From positions 70,399 to 134,398 of the forward strand of contig JAFGOY010000011.1 in the NCBI GenBank assembly GCA_016926255.1: a stretch of 64,000 nucleotides of DNA. The letters run 5' to 3'. A program made the position numbers and the translations under genes. Of the stretch, positions 43,252 through 53,117 are shown in pieces. Source of the DNA: Anaerolineae bacterium (GTDB lineage Bacteria; Chloroflexota; Anaerolineae; Aggregatilineales; UBA3940). How positions within the stretch are numbered: the first letter of the stretch is position 1; each line of letters begins with the position of its first letter. The notes under the pieces are model-generated. The model did not search any database, was not told where the DNA came from, and was given only the letters and a program-made list of their open reading frames with translations.

Positions 43252-44007
43252 CTATGAGCCGGTGACCTCCATGAAATCTTCGACGGCCCAGCCGGAGCGA
43301 TCCTCGTCTTCCGGGTCGACGATGTACCACCAGATGTAGTCGTCCATTACGCGCGGGCCATCCTCGACGGTGTAGGCTTCACCATCGTTAGCGACAAAGA
43401 AATAGGTATATTCCAGCCCAGGCCCCTGGCGGACGGCCAGCCCAGCCCCTTCGGTGCCATTGATGACAATCCTGTCGCCGACCTGGATCGGCGTACCGGG
43501 GCTTTCATCCACAGTTTCTTCGGTGGGCGGCGTTTCTTCGGTTGGAACCGTCTCGGCGGCTTCCTGTGTGGCGGTTGGCGATTCCGACTCCTCGTCGGGC
43601 GCGGATGCACCGAGCGTCGGGGTGTTGGTGATCACGACAAAGATTGGTGTTGGTGAGGACAGCCCGGTCGAAGCGACCCCCTTGTTAGAAAGTGCCACAT
43701 ACCACATGCCGCAGGTGATCGCAGCTACAGCGAGGATTACGATCACAAAGCCCCACCAGGGAACAACCAGCCCTGAACGACCAGAGTCGGGCTGCGATTG
43801 CGATGATCGGGAAGACCGCGCAGGACGCTGCGTGCTCTTTTTCCCCTTCAGGTCAGGACCAGCCGGGAGATCGGGACGGTGGGTGACCTGAGTCGGCGCT
43901 TCCTCTGGCCGGGTCAGGCTGGGAATACGCTCAGATGGTGGTCGCGCATCGAGCGGCACCTGGCGGCGGGTCTGCTGTGAGGGATCGGGACGGCGTTTTT
44001 CGCTCAT
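43252..44007 (-). CDS. Membrane-anchored protein with a C-terminal SH3-like domain
   Basis: Disordered N-terminus, single TM helix, P/T/E-rich linker, and LAVRQGPG...GP...YIWW...GWAVEDF. Confidence 0.7.
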   Translation of the reverse strand: MSEKRRPDPSQQTRRQVPLDARPPSERIPSLTRPEEAPTQVTHRPDLPAGPDLKGKKSTQRPARSSRSSQSQPDSGRSGLVVPWWGFVIVILAVAAITCGMWYVALSNKGVASTGLSSPTPIFVVITNTPTLGASAPDEESESPTATQEAAETVPTEETPPTEETVDESPGTPIQVGDRIVINGTEGAGLAVRQGPGLEYTYFFVANDGEAYTVEDGPRVMDDYIWWYIVDPEDEDRSGWAVEDFMEVTGS

Positions 44008-44018
44008 AGGGTGTAGTT

Positions 44019-45272
44019 TTATCGTTTTTTGGCGCGAATGACAAGCAGGCTGAAGTCATCGAAGGCTTCGGCGCGTCCGCGATGAGACTGGACGACATTG
44101 TAAATCGTCCGGGCGATCCGGTCGGCATCGTACATTCTTACGCCGCGTACGAGGTTTGCCAGTCCCTCGCTGCCAAACGAGTCCCCTTCCATATTACGCA
44201 TGTCGGTAACGCCGTCGCTGTAAATGACGAGCGTATCGCCTGGTTCAAAAACGACCTCCTGCACTTCGAACGGCATGGTCAGTTCGGGCCACAATCCCAG
44301 GAAGCGGCCCTTTCCACTCAGGAATTTGGTCGAGCCATCGTTACGCACCAGCAAAGGCTCGTCGTGCCCGCCGCGAACATAGCGGAAAGTCCTTGTTTCC
44401 AGGTCGATCACGCCGTAGATCGCGGTGACGAACATATCGTAGGCGGAGGATTCGATCAGCCCATTGTGAACGGCGAGCATCACATCGGCGGGATCGGCAT
44501 TGTGGCGGCATTCAGTAAAGAAGAGGGTGCGGGCAACGGCCATAAACAGGGCAGCATGGGCGCCCTTGTCGGAAACATCGGCGAGCAGCACGGCGACTTT
44601 GCCATCGTCGAGAATATGTACATCGTAAAAATCGCCGCCTACCTGCCGGGCGGGTTCAAACATAGCCGAGAACTCGAAACCTTCGACGGTTGGCAGGTTG
44701 GTGGGGAGCAGGCTTCGCTGGGCTTTCGCCGCGACTTCAAGCTGGGCTTCGAGCGCGGCTTTTGCGATCCGGTCGGCCTGGGCTGCTTCGAGTTCTGCGT
44801 AGGCTTTGGCCAGCTCCTGATAGCGCTGCTCCAGGTCTTCGATAGCACGCTGGTCGGTTTCCCGCACGATGTCGATCATCGTGTTGAGGATGTTGCGGCC
44901 CATCGACGGGCTGGAACTGAAGACTTCGTCAAAGTCCTGCTGTGAGACTTCAAGCACATCGGTTTCCACGATGGTGGTGACGGTTGCCGCGCGTGGTTCA
45001 CCGGTGATCAGGCCCATCTCGCCGAAATATTCGCCTTCTCCCAGAAACCCCAGCACAAAATCCTCGTCGGTGCCTTCCAGGTCACGGGTCACGGCGACCT
45101 TGCCTTTGGTGATCACGTAGAACTTATCCGCCGCTGCCCCTTTCTCGCATAGAATCGTGTTGGTTGGATAGTTCTTCTTGACAGCAACCGTGCGAAGCAT
45201 ATCGACCGCTTCGTTGTCAAGCCCTTTGAATGCTCTCTTGATAATTGCGGTATGGCCGGTTCTGCGTTTCAT
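44019..45272 (-). CDS. Cyclic-nucleotide-binding domain + SpoIIE/PP2C phosphatase
   Basis: FGEMGL..PRAAT (cNMP domain); VGGDFYD, ADVSDKG, YSDGVTD and DDFS (PP2C). The start overlaps the polX stop (ATGA). Confidence 0.9.
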   Translation of the reverse strand: MKRRTGHTAIIKRAFKGLDNEAVDMLRTVAVKKNYPTNTILCEKGAAADKFYVITKGKVAVTRDLEGTDEDFVLGFLGEGEYFGEMGLITGEPRAATVTTIVETDVLEVSQQDFDEVFSSSPSMGRNILNTMIDIVRETDQRAIEDLEQRYQELAKAYAELEAAQADRIAKAALEAQLEVAAKAQRSLLPTNLPTVEGFEFSAMFEPARQVGGDFYDVHILDDGKVAVLLADVSDKGAHAALFMAVARTLFFTECRHNADPADVMLAVHNGLIESSAYDMFVTAIYGVIDLETRTFRYVRGGHDEPLLVRNDGSTKFLSGKGRFLGLWPELTMPFEVQEVVFEPGDTLVIYSDGVTDMRNMEGDSFGSEGLANLVRGVRMYDADRIARTIYNVVQSHRGRAEAFDDFSLLVIRAKKR

Positions 45273-47005
45273 CACAGTCGTTCCTTCTTCCATTCCATGA
45301 CCCGCTCAAGGGGCCAGGTGTTGACCACATCTTTGGCTTCCACCCAGCCGCGCCGGGCGGTTGCCACGCCATAATGCATATTGGATAGACCCGCCGGACT
45401 GTGCGCGTCGGTGCTGATGGTCAGTTTGATGCCCATCTCGACGGCCCGCCGGGCATGCGTATCGTCCAGATCCAACCGGTGAGGGTTTGCGTTGATCTCC
45501 AGGGCGACATTCTCCCCGGCGGCGGCTTCGAAAACGGCGTCCATGTCCAGATCGGCGGGTTCCCGGTCGGGGATCATCTGTCCGCGCGGGTGGCCGATGA
45601 TGTCGACGTAGGGATTCTGGATCGCCTTCAGCAATCGATCCGTAATCTTTTCACGCGGCTGGCGCAGGCCGGTATGGAGCGATGCCTGCACGAGATCGAA
45701 CTGAGCCAGTACGTTGTCGTCATAGTCTAACGTGCCATCGGCTTTGATCTCAACTTCTACCCCGTGAAGGACGGTGAATGCCCCGCCCAGTTCAGCGTTG
45801 ACCCGGTCGATCTCCGCGCGCTGGGGAGCCACATCCTCCGGGGCAATGCCCTGAGTCACACCCAACCCGTAGCTGTGATCGGTGATCAGAATGTATTTGT
45901 AGCCACGTTCCATCGCTGCTTGGGCCATCGCCATGATACTTACCGCGCCATCGCTCCAGGTGGTGTGCATCTGGAGATCGCCCTGTATATCGCCCAGGGT
46001 GATCAGATCAGGAAGGCAATCTTCGAATGCAGCGTCGATCTCACCCCGGTCTTCGCGCAGTTCAGGGGGAATATAGGGCAGTCCGAGTGTCGCGTAGACC
46101 TGTTCCTCGGTTTCGCACAGGATTTCCTCGCCACCGCCAATGGGTATGAAGCTGTTTTCGCTGAGTGATAATCCCTGCTTCAAGGCCAGTTCTCGCAGCC
46201 GGACGTTGTGTTCTTTGCTGCCGGTGAAGTAGGCAAGCAGCGTCCCGTAGCGCTCCGGAGGCAGCACACGCAGATCGACCTGCTGTCCGGAGACGAGTTC
46301 GACCGAGGACTTGGTTTCTCCCTGGGCCAATACGCGCTGTACTTCCGGCCTGGCGACAAATGCCCGCATGATCGGGGCGGGCGTGGTGCTGGCGATCAGC
46401 AGGTCGATGTCGCCAATCGTGGGGCGATATCGCCGTAGAGACCCGGCAACTTCGCCATGCAATGCCCCCTCGATTTGCAGCAGTGCATCCAGCAGGCGGT
46501 GGGCCACCGGGTAAGCCTCGCCGATGGGGATGCGGTCGGTGCGGCGGGAAAGCGCCTCGATGCCTTCGAGAATGTTCTTCTCGCTGCGTGCGCCCATGCC
46601 GGGAAGTTCGCGCAATTTGCCCGCTTCCGCCGCCTTTTTCAGTGCCTCGACGCTGGTGATATCCAGTTCTTTCCAGAACAGCGCGGCCCGCTTTGGCCCC
46701 AGGCCAGGAACACCGAGCATTTCGACCACGCCGGGTGGGACTTCGGCGGAGAGGCGGCGGTAAAATTCGAGGTCGCCGGTTGTCAGCATTTCCTCGATTT
46801 TTGCGGCCAGCGTTGCGCCGATGTTGGGGAGATCGGTGAGGGTGCCTTCCTCGTAGATGGCGTTCAGATCGCGGGGGAGTTCAGCGATTGTCTCCGAGGC
46901 TCTTCGGTAGGCAAGCACACGGTGGATGCTCTCGCCTTTCAACTCAAGCATATCGGCAATCGTTCCGAAAATGGCGGAAACTTCCCGGTTGGATACCTTG
47001 CTCAT
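45272..47005 (-). CDS. polX: DNA polymerase X / PHP 3'-5' exonuclease
   Basis: GSLRR, GDIDLL, VDLRV, FTGSKEHN and PPELRE motifs; PHP TDHS/GHP/TDAH. Probable start is MSKVSN at 47005. Confidence 0.93.
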   Translation of the reverse strand: MSKVSNREVSAIFGTIADMLELKGESIHRVLAYRRASETIAELPRDLNAIYEEGTLTDLPNIGATLAAKIEEMLTTGDLEFYRRLSAEVPPGVVEMLGVPGLGPKRAALFWKELDITSVEALKKAAEAGKLRELPGMGARSEKNILEGIEALSRRTDRIPIGEAYPVAHRLLDALLQIEGALHGEVAGSLRRYRPTIGDIDLLIASTTPAPIMRAFVARPEVQRVLAQGETKSSVELVSGQQVDLRVLPPERYGTLLAYFTGSKEHNVRLRELALKQGLSLSENSFIPIGGGEEILCETEEQVYATLGLPYIPPELREDRGEIDAAFEDCLPDLITLGDIQGDLQMHTTWSDGAVSIMAMAQAAMERGYKYILITDHSYGLGVTQGIAPEDVAPQRAEIDRVNAELGGAFTVLHGVEVEIKADGTLDYDDNVLAQFDLVQASLHTGLRQPREKITDRLLKAIQNPYVDIIGHPRGQMIPDREPADLDMDAVFEAAAGENVALEINANPHRLDLDDTHARRAVEMGIKLTISTDAHSPAGLSNMHYGVATARRGWVEAKDVVNTWPLERVMEWKKERL

Positions 47006-47058
47006 GTCCGCTTTCCTGTGCCTGTACGTCGGGATCAGTATACAGTCTGCGAGAAGGC

Positions 47059-47087
47059 TTGACAATACGACTCCAAGACAGTAGATT
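47059..47087 (+). promoter_or_regulatory. Putative sigma70 promoter of the ATL gene (near-leaderless)
   Basis: TTGACA-17 bp-TAGATT ending 9 nt before the ATG at 47097. Confidence 0.55.
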
Positions 47088-47096
47088 GAGATCATC

Positions 47097-47546
47097 ATGT
47101 ATCAGCCACCCGATCCTGAAGCGTTTAACACGCTGGTATGGGAACTCGCCCGGCAGATTCCTGAAGGGTATGTCAGTACATACGGACAGATCGCCTCGAT
47201 GATCCCACCGCCTGATGGGGTCGATCTCCTGACGTACCGGCGACTGCGAGCGCTCTGGGTGGGCCGCTCAATGAGCGCGCTGCCCGATGGAAGCGATGTG
47301 CCCTGGCACCGGGTGATCGGCGGGAAGGGTTCTATCAGCCTGCCGCCGGGGAGCGCCGCCGCCGAAGAACAGCGTTTTCGATTGGCGGCTGAACAGGTAC
47401 AATTCGATGTACAGGGGCGGGTCGATTTCCGGTTGGTTGGATGGGACGGCCCCCATGATCACTGGCTGGCGGCGCGAGGGCTGCTGCCGCCGCAATCACT
47501 GAAACCCGACAAACCAGAAGCTCCGGATCAACCCAGGCTTTTTTAG
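47097..47546 (+). CDS. Alkyltransferase-like (ATL, MGMT family) protein
   Basis: IPEGYVSTYGQIA and VPWHRV (Trp replaces the catalytic Cys of PCHRV). Confidence 0.88.
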   Translation: MYQPPDPEAFNTLVWELARQIPEGYVSTYGQIASMIPPPDGVDLLTYRRLRALWVGRSMSALPDGSDVPWHRVIGGKGSISLPPGSAAAEEQRFRLAAEQVQFDVQGRVDFRLVGWDGPHDHWLAARGLLPPQSLKPDKPEAPDQPRLF

Positions 47547-47564
47547 ATCATACTGGCAAGTGTT

Positions 47565-48644
47565 ATGCAGAAATCGATATACGAATACGTTGGCAATATG
47601 CACATTCACAGTGTCTACTCGGATGGCGAACTGACCCATGCCGAGATCGCCGAGGCTGCCATCAAAGCCGGGTTGGATTTTGTGATTGTCACCGATCACA
47701 ATGTACTGGTCGAAGGGATGGAAGGCTATTATGGTGATCGCCCTGACCGGCGCGTGCTGCTGCTGGTCAGTGAGGAAATTCACGATCCGCGCCGTACTCA
47801 ACGGGGCAACCATATGCTTGTCTACGGGGCCGAGGGGGAAGTCGCCGCATATGCACCCAACCCCCAGAGAATCATCGACGAAGCGAAGGAACGTGGCGGA
47901 TTCTGCTTCCTGGCGCATCCCATCGAACGGGCAGCGCCGCCATTTGACGACTATGCCTATTCCTGGCAGAACTGGGACATCGAGAATTATACCGGGCTGG
48001 AACTCTGGAACTATATGAGTGAGTTCAAGTCATATCTGACCGGCAAGCTGGCGGCGGTGCGGGCGGCTTTCAATCCGGATAAATACATCAGCGGGCCATA
48101 CCCGGAGGCACTCGAACTGTGGGATAATCTGCTCATCTCCGGCAAGCGGACGAGGATCATCGGGGGAGCCGATGCACACGGCACAACCTATTCAATGGGA
48201 CCGTTCAAACGGGTGGTATTTCCCTACGATTTTCTGTTCCAGTGTGTGAATACGCATATTGTCAGCGATGAGCCGATGACCGGGGATTTCCAGCACGACA
48301 AGATGCTGGTGCTTCGGGCGATCCGCGAGGGTGCATCATACGTGGGATACAGCAAGCCCGCATCGGCGCGGGGATTCAGGTTCTCGGCGCAAGGCCACCA
48401 GGCGGCGGCGATCATGGGCGGGCGTATCCGGCTGGGGCACGGAGTGACCCTTCAATTCGTGACGCCACAGGTGGCCGATATGCGGCTGGTGAAGGACGGC
48501 AAAGTGCTGGCCCAGGAGGTCGAAGGGACGCACCGCACCTATATTGCGAGCCAAACGGGAGCCTATCGCGTCGAGGTGTATATCAATTACAAGGGGAAGC
48601 CCCGCGGGTGGATTTTCAGCAACCCAATATTTGTCGTTGACTGA
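47565..48644 (+). CDS. PHP-domain metallohydrolase (CehA/McbA-like)
   Basis: HIHSVYSDG, TDHN, EEIH, AHP and GADAH motifs. Confidence 0.85.
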   Translation: MQKSIYEYVGNMHIHSVYSDGELTHAEIAEAAIKAGLDFVIVTDHNVLVEGMEGYYGDRPDRRVLLLVSEEIHDPRRTQRGNHMLVYGAEGEVAAYAPNPQRIIDEAKERGGFCFLAHPIERAAPPFDDYAYSWQNWDIENYTGLELWNYMSEFKSYLTGKLAAVRAAFNPDKYISGPYPEALELWDNLLISGKRTRIIGGADAHGTTYSMGPFKRVVFPYDFLFQCVNTHIVSDEPMTGDFQHDKMLVLRAIREGASYVGYSKPASARGFRFSAQGHQAAAIMGGRIRLGHGVTLQFVTPQVADMRLVKDGKVLAQEVEGTHRTYIASQTGAYRVEVYINYKGKPRGWIFSNPIFVVD

Positions 48645-48651
48645 CAAATAG

Positions 48652-48674
48652 CGGGCGCGAGAGCGCCCGTTTTT
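48652..48674 (+). terminator. Intrinsic terminator
   Basis: CGGGCGC-gaga-GCGCCCG followed by TTTTT. Confidence 0.8.
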
Positions 48675-48698
48675 CTTTTCGATCACCGGCGGAGAATA

Positions 48699-48731
48699 TG
48701 CTATAATCTCAGTTCTTTCGAACTATTGTTC
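48699..48731 (+). promoter_or_regulatory. uvrB promoter (extended -10) with a LexA (GAAC-N4-GTTC) box
   Basis: TG-C-TATAAT at 48699-48707; GAAC-TATT-GTTC at 48720-48731. Confidence 0.75.
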
Positions 48732-48757
48732 TGAGTGCCATTGAGCGAGGTAGAAGC

Positions 48758-50812
48758 ATGGCCGATTTTCAACTGGTTTCGGATTTTCAACCCACCGGCG
48801 ACCAGCCTGACGCGATCCGGGGGCTGGTCGATGGGCTGAGCAAGGGCTACCGGCATCAAACCCTGCTGGGGGCAACCGGCACCGGGAAAACCTTCGTCGT
48901 GGCGAATATCGTTGCCGAGATCAATCGCCCGACGTTGATCATCGCGCATAACAAGACACTGGCGGCGCAGCTCTACAGCGAGTTCAAGACCTTCTTCCCG
49001 CACAACGCGGTCGAGTATTTTGTGTCGTACTATGATTACTACCAGCCCGAAGCCTACGTCCCTCAGCATGATCTGTACATCGAGAAAGAGGCAACGATCA
49101 ACGAGGAGATCGACCGGCTGCGGCTGGCGGCGACTGCGGCGGTGGTCAGCCGCCGGGACGTGCTGGTGGTCGCTTCGGTATCGTGCATCTACGGCCTGGG
49201 GAACCCCCGCACCTGGCTCGATTCGGCGCTGCAATTGCATACCGGGGAAACGATCCGGCGCGGGACGATCCTCCAGCGGTTGGCCGCTATCCAGTACCGG
49301 CGCAACGATGTCGAACTTCAGCCCGGCAACTTCCGGGTGCGCGGCGACACGGTCGAGATCATGCCCGGACACAGCGAAGAAGTGTACCGACTCTCGCTGT
49401 GGGGCGACGATATCGAGCGGATCACGTTGGTCAACGCGCTGACCGGTGAAGTGATCGATGAACTGGACGAGATCATGGTATTCCCGGCCAAGCAGTTCAT
49501 CGCCGAGAGTGACATGATGCGGCAGGCTGTCCACGATATCGAGCAGGAACTGGCCGAACGGCTCGAATTCTACAACGGGCAGGAACGCTACCTGGAATCG
49601 CAGCGTATCGAGCAGCGGACGCATTACGACCTGGAAATGCTGCGCGAGATGGGCTACTGCTCCGGGATCGAGAACTATTCACGCCATCTGGATGGCCGCC
49701 CGGTAGGGTCGCCGCCCTGGACGCTGATCGACTATTTCCCGGATGACTACCTGCTGATCATCGACGAGTCGCATATGACCGTTCCCCAGATTCGGGGGAT
49801 GTGGCGCGGCGACCGGAGCCGCAAAGAGACGCTGGTCGATCACGGGTTCCGGCTGCCGAGCGCGCTAGACAACCGCCCGCTGAACTTCGACGAAGTGCAG
49901 GCGCGCATCAACCAGGTGATCTACACGAGCGCGACCCCGGCGTCGTTCGAACTGGAACAGAGCGCGCAGGTGGTCGAGCAGATCATCCGACCGACCGGGC
50001 TGGTCGACCCTGAGATCGAGGTCAAGCCGGTCGAGGGGCAGGTCGACGACCTGCTGGGGCTGATCAACGAGCGGGTCGAGCGCGGGGAGCGGGCGCTGGT
50101 CACGACGCTGACCAAGCGCATGGCCGAGAAGCTCTCCGACTACCTGCTGGAGATGGGATGTAAAGTTCACTACCTGCACAGCGAGATCGACACGCTGGAA
50201 CGGATCGAAATTCTGCGTGACCTGCGGCTCGGAGTCTACGACGTAGTCGTCGGGATCAACCTGCTCCGTGAGGGCCTGGACCTGCCGGAAGTGTCGCTGG
50301 TCGCCATCCTCGACGCGGACAAGCAGGGCTTCCTGCGCTCGGATACGGCGCTGATCCAGACGATTGGCCGCGCTGCGCGGCATGTCAATGGGCGGGTGAT
50401 CATGTACGCCTCGAAGATGTCGGATGCAATGAAAACCGCCATCGACGAGACGAACCGCCGCCGCGCCAAGCAGGTTGCTTACAACGAGGAACACGGCATC
50501 GTGCCGACCAGCATCGTTAAGGAAATCCGCGACCTGACCGACCGTGTCCGCTTGGAAGTGGAACAAGCCGCGCCGGGTTACGAAGTGGGCGATATTCCGC
50601 GCGACGAACTGGAGAAGCTGATCGCAGGTCTCGAAAAGGAAATGAAGCAAGCGGCGAAGAACCTGGAATTCGAGAAAGCGGCGATGCTGCGCGATCAGGT
50701 TTTCGAACTGCGCGAACTGGCTGTACTGAAATCGACCGGGCGGCGCGATGTGCCGATCTGGGAGCAGGACCGGGTGATGCCGGTCGCCGATCTGGAAGAC
50801 ATAGCCGAGTAA
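48758..50812 (+). CDS. uvrB: Excinuclease ABC subunit B
   Basis: [32 protein letters not shown] and QTIGRAAR motifs; UVR coiled coil. Confidence 0.98.
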   Translation: MADFQLVSDFQPTGDQPDAIRGLVDGLSKGYRHQTLLGATGTGKTFVVANIVAEINRPTLIIAHNKTLAAQLYSEFKTFFPHNAVEYFVSYYDYYQPEAYVPQHDLYIEKEATINEEIDRLRLAATAAVVSRRDVLVVASVSCIYGLGNPRTWLDSALQLHTGETIRRGTILQRLAAIQYRRNDVELQPGNFRVRGDTVEIMPGHSEEVYRLSLWGDDIERITLVNALTGEVIDELDEIMVFPAKQFIAESDMMRQAVHDIEQELAERLEFYNGQERYLESQRIEQRTHYDLEMLREMGYCSGIENYSRHLDGRPVGSPPWTLIDYFPDDYLLIIDESHMTVPQIRGMWRGDRSRKETLVDHGFRLPSALDNRPLNFDEVQARINQVIYTSATPASFELEQSAQVVEQIIRPTGLVDPEIEVKPVEGQVDDLLGLINERVERGERALVTTLTKRMAEKLSDYLLEMGCKVHYLHSEIDTLERIEILRDLRLGVYDVVVGINLLREGLDLPEVSLVAILDADKQGFLRSDTALIQTIGRAARHVNGRVIMYASKMSDAMKTAIDETNRRRAKQVAYNEEHGIVPTSIVKEIRDLTDRVRLEVEQAAPGYEVGDIPRDELEKLIAGLEKEMKQAAKNLEFEKAAMLRDQVFELRELAVLKSTGRRDVPIWEQDRVMPVADLEDIAE

Positions 50813-50824
50813 AGCGGAGCGATG

Positions 50825-50854
50825 GGCCGGGCATGGTTCCGGCCTATATTTTTT
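50825..50854 (+). terminator. Probable terminator after uvrB
   Basis: GGCCGG...CCGGCC followed by TATATTTTTT. Confidence 0.5.
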
Positions 50855-51021
50855 CCTCTAAACTATTACAAGAAGACATACAGATCGTTCTGGTGGGGCG
50901 ATTTATCGTCGATCCGGTAGAAACGGATGGCTTTTGGGAGTAATTGAGAGTCCTTACCTGTAGACTTGTATGCCAGACGGTGACACACCCTTCGGCTGCG
51001 GCCAGGAGTAGGACAATAGTA

Positions 51022-51471
51022 GTGCAAAAAAGGGACAAAAAAAGGCCAATTAGCGTAACCTGGCTGGCTGCTGGTGCGTTTTGTATATCGGTGGGGAACC
51101 TGATCGGTGTTTATGGAAGCCTGGTGCGCCGGTCGCTTTACGCGGCGCTCGACCTGGCTGTATCGCCCGGCCTGCTGGCCGGGATGCACGGATTGTGGGG
51201 CGTCATCTGGATGACAGCAGCCTGGGGATTGTGGCGATTGAAGCCCTGGGCGCGCCCGGCACTCCTGATCGTTTCCCCCGTTTATGCAGTTTATCATCTT
51301 GGACAGCAGGTGTTTCTCGCCCAGGCAGGCTATTTCAGGGGGCGGTTGCCGTTTATGGCAGTGATGGCCGCCGTACTGCTGGGCGGAATTTTCTATGTAA
51401 TGACCCGGCCCCGCATCAAAGATGCTTTCGAGATCACAACCGGGGACAGGGACTTGCCGGAGGAACTATGA
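51022..51471 (+). CDS. Small membrane protein (about 4 TM helices)
   Basis: KRPISVT then hydrophobic helices and WRLKPWAR; the stop overlaps the next ATG. Probable start is GTG at 51022. Confidence 0.7.
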   Translation: MQKRDKKRPISVTWLAAGAFCISVGNLIGVYGSLVRRSLYAALDLAVSPGLLAGMHGLWGVIWMTAAWGLWRLKPWARPALLIVSPVYAVYHLGQQVFLAQAGYFRGRLPFMAVMAAVLLGGIFYVMTRPRIKDAFEITTGDRDLPEEL

Positions 51472-53024
51472 CGACCAGCCAGAAGATCGACCACCTTCAC
51501 GAGATGCGCGAGCAATCAAAACAGGGCGGTGGGGAAGCCCGCATCGAGGCACAGCACGAAAGAGGAAAGATGACCGCCCGTGAGCGGCTCGACGTGCTGC
51601 TCGACCCCGGCAGCTTCCGCGAGTTGGACGCGTTTGTCATTCACCGCGAACGCAACTTCGGGATGGATGCACCGGATAAGCAGTTTCTTGGCGACAGCGT
51701 TGTCACCGGCTGGGGAACCATTCACGGGCGGCTGGTGTACGTCTACTCGCAGGATTTCACGGTGGTCGGCGGCAGCCTCTCCGAAGTCCACGCCAACAAA
51801 ATCTGCAAGATCATGGAGATGGCGACGAAGACCGGCGCACCGCTGATCGGGCTGAACGACTCCGGCGGCGCACGCATTCAGGAGGGGGTCGTTTCACTGG
51901 GCGGCTACGCGGATATTTTCCTGCGTAACACGATGGCGTCGGGGATCATCCCCCAGATTTCGGCAATTATGGGGCCGTGCGCCGGGGGTGCGGTCTATTC
52001 ACCGGCGCTGACCGATTTCATCTTCATGGTCAAGAATTCCAGCTATATGTTCGTCACCGGCCCGGACGTGATCAAGGCGGTGACGCACGAGGAAGTCACC
52101 TTCGAGGAACTGGGTGGCGCAATGACCCACAGTTCGAAATCGGGTGTTTGCCACGTTCCGACCGAGGACGAAACAGACTGTATGATGTTGATCCGCGAAC
52201 TGCTGACCTACCTGCCGCAAAACAACATGGAAGACCCGCCCTACGAGCCGAACAGTGACGACCCGCTGCGGAGGGACGCACAGCTAAACGAGATCGTCCC
52301 GGACGATCCCAGCAAACCTTACGACATCAAAGAAGTGATCCGCATGGTGGTTGACGATGGGCACTTCTACGAAATTCACGAACACTACGCATCGAACATC
52401 GTGGTCGGATTTGCCCGGTTGGGTGGCTACAGCATCGGGATCGTCGCCAACCAGCCCGCCGTACTAGCCGGGGTGCTCGACATCAAAGCATCGGCAAAGG
52501 CCGCGCGCTTTGTGCGCTTCTGTGACTGCTTCAACATTCCGATCATCACCTTCGAGGATGTGCCGGGCTTTATGCCGGGCCTCGATCAGGAACACAGCGG
52601 GATCATCCGCGAGGGGGCCAAGCTGGTCTTTGCTTACAGCGAAGCGACGGTGCCCAAGATCACGGTGATCACCCGGAAATCATACGGCGGCGCGTACTGC
52701 GTGATGAACAGCAAGCATATTCGCTCCGATCTCAACCTGGCCTGGCCGACGGCGGAGATCGCCGTGATGGGACCGGATGGTGCAGTCAATATCATTTTCC
52801 GGCGGGAACTGGCCGCCGCTGATGATCCGGTCGCCAAGAAAGCGGAACTGGTTCAGGATTACCGAGACCGGTTTGCGAACCCTTATGTGGCGGCGTCGAG
52901 GGGATTTATAGACGACGTGATCGAACCGAAGGAAACGCGCCCACGCCTGATCAATGCGCTCGAAGTGCTGCGTAACAAACGGGCTTCGAACCCGCCCAAG
53001 AAGCACGGCAATATCCCGTTATAG
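51468..53024 (+). CDS. pccB: Acyl-CoA (propionyl/methylmalonyl-CoA type) carboxylase carboxyltransferase beta subunit
   Basis: [38 protein letters not shown] and KKHGNIPL motifs; ATG at 51468 with a GGAGG RBS. Confidence 0.92.
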   Translation: MTTSQKIDHLHEMREQSKQGGGEARIEAQHERGKMTARERLDVLLDPGSFRELDAFVIHRERNFGMDAPDKQFLGDSVVTGWGTIHGRLVYVYSQDFTVVGGSLSEVHANKICKIMEMATKTGAPLIGLNDSGGARIQEGVVSLGGYADIFLRNTMASGIIPQISAIMGPCAGGAVYSPALTDFIFMVKNSSYMFVTGPDVIKAVTHEEVTFEELGGAMTHSSKSGVCHVPTEDETDCMMLIRELLTYLPQNNMEDPPYEPNSDDPLRRDAQLNEIVPDDPSKPYDIKEVIRMVVDDGHFYEIHEHYASNIVVGFARLGGYSIGIVANQPAVLAGVLDIKASAKAARFVRFCDCFNIPIITFEDVPGFMPGLDQEHSGIIREGAKLVFAYSEATVPKITVITRKSYGGAYCVMNSKHIRSDLNLAWPTAEIAVMGPDGAVNIIFRRELAAADDPVAKKAELVQDYRDRFANPYVAASRGFIDDVIEPKETRPRLINALEVLRNKRASNPPKKHGNIPL

Positions 53025-53099
53025 AGCCTATCTATCAACTCGCTGCGCTCATTAGTGGATAGGCTTTGTCAGTAACTATCCAAATTATGGATAGTTACT
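53025..53099. repeat. Two adjacent palindromic elements between pccB and accC
   Basis: AGCCTATC..CTCGCTGCGCTC..GATAGGCT (53025-53065) and a perfect 12-bp IR AGTAACTATCCA-aatta-TGGATAGTTACT (53071-53099). Confidence 0.65.
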
Positions 53100-53117
53100 T
53101 AGCAGCAGGAGAAAGCA

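Noticed and set aside
51081-51467. N-terminal extensions given by the ORF track (pccB; likewise polX, nth, lipoate ligase)
   Set aside because: They overlap other genes or promoters; downstream starts match family N-termini
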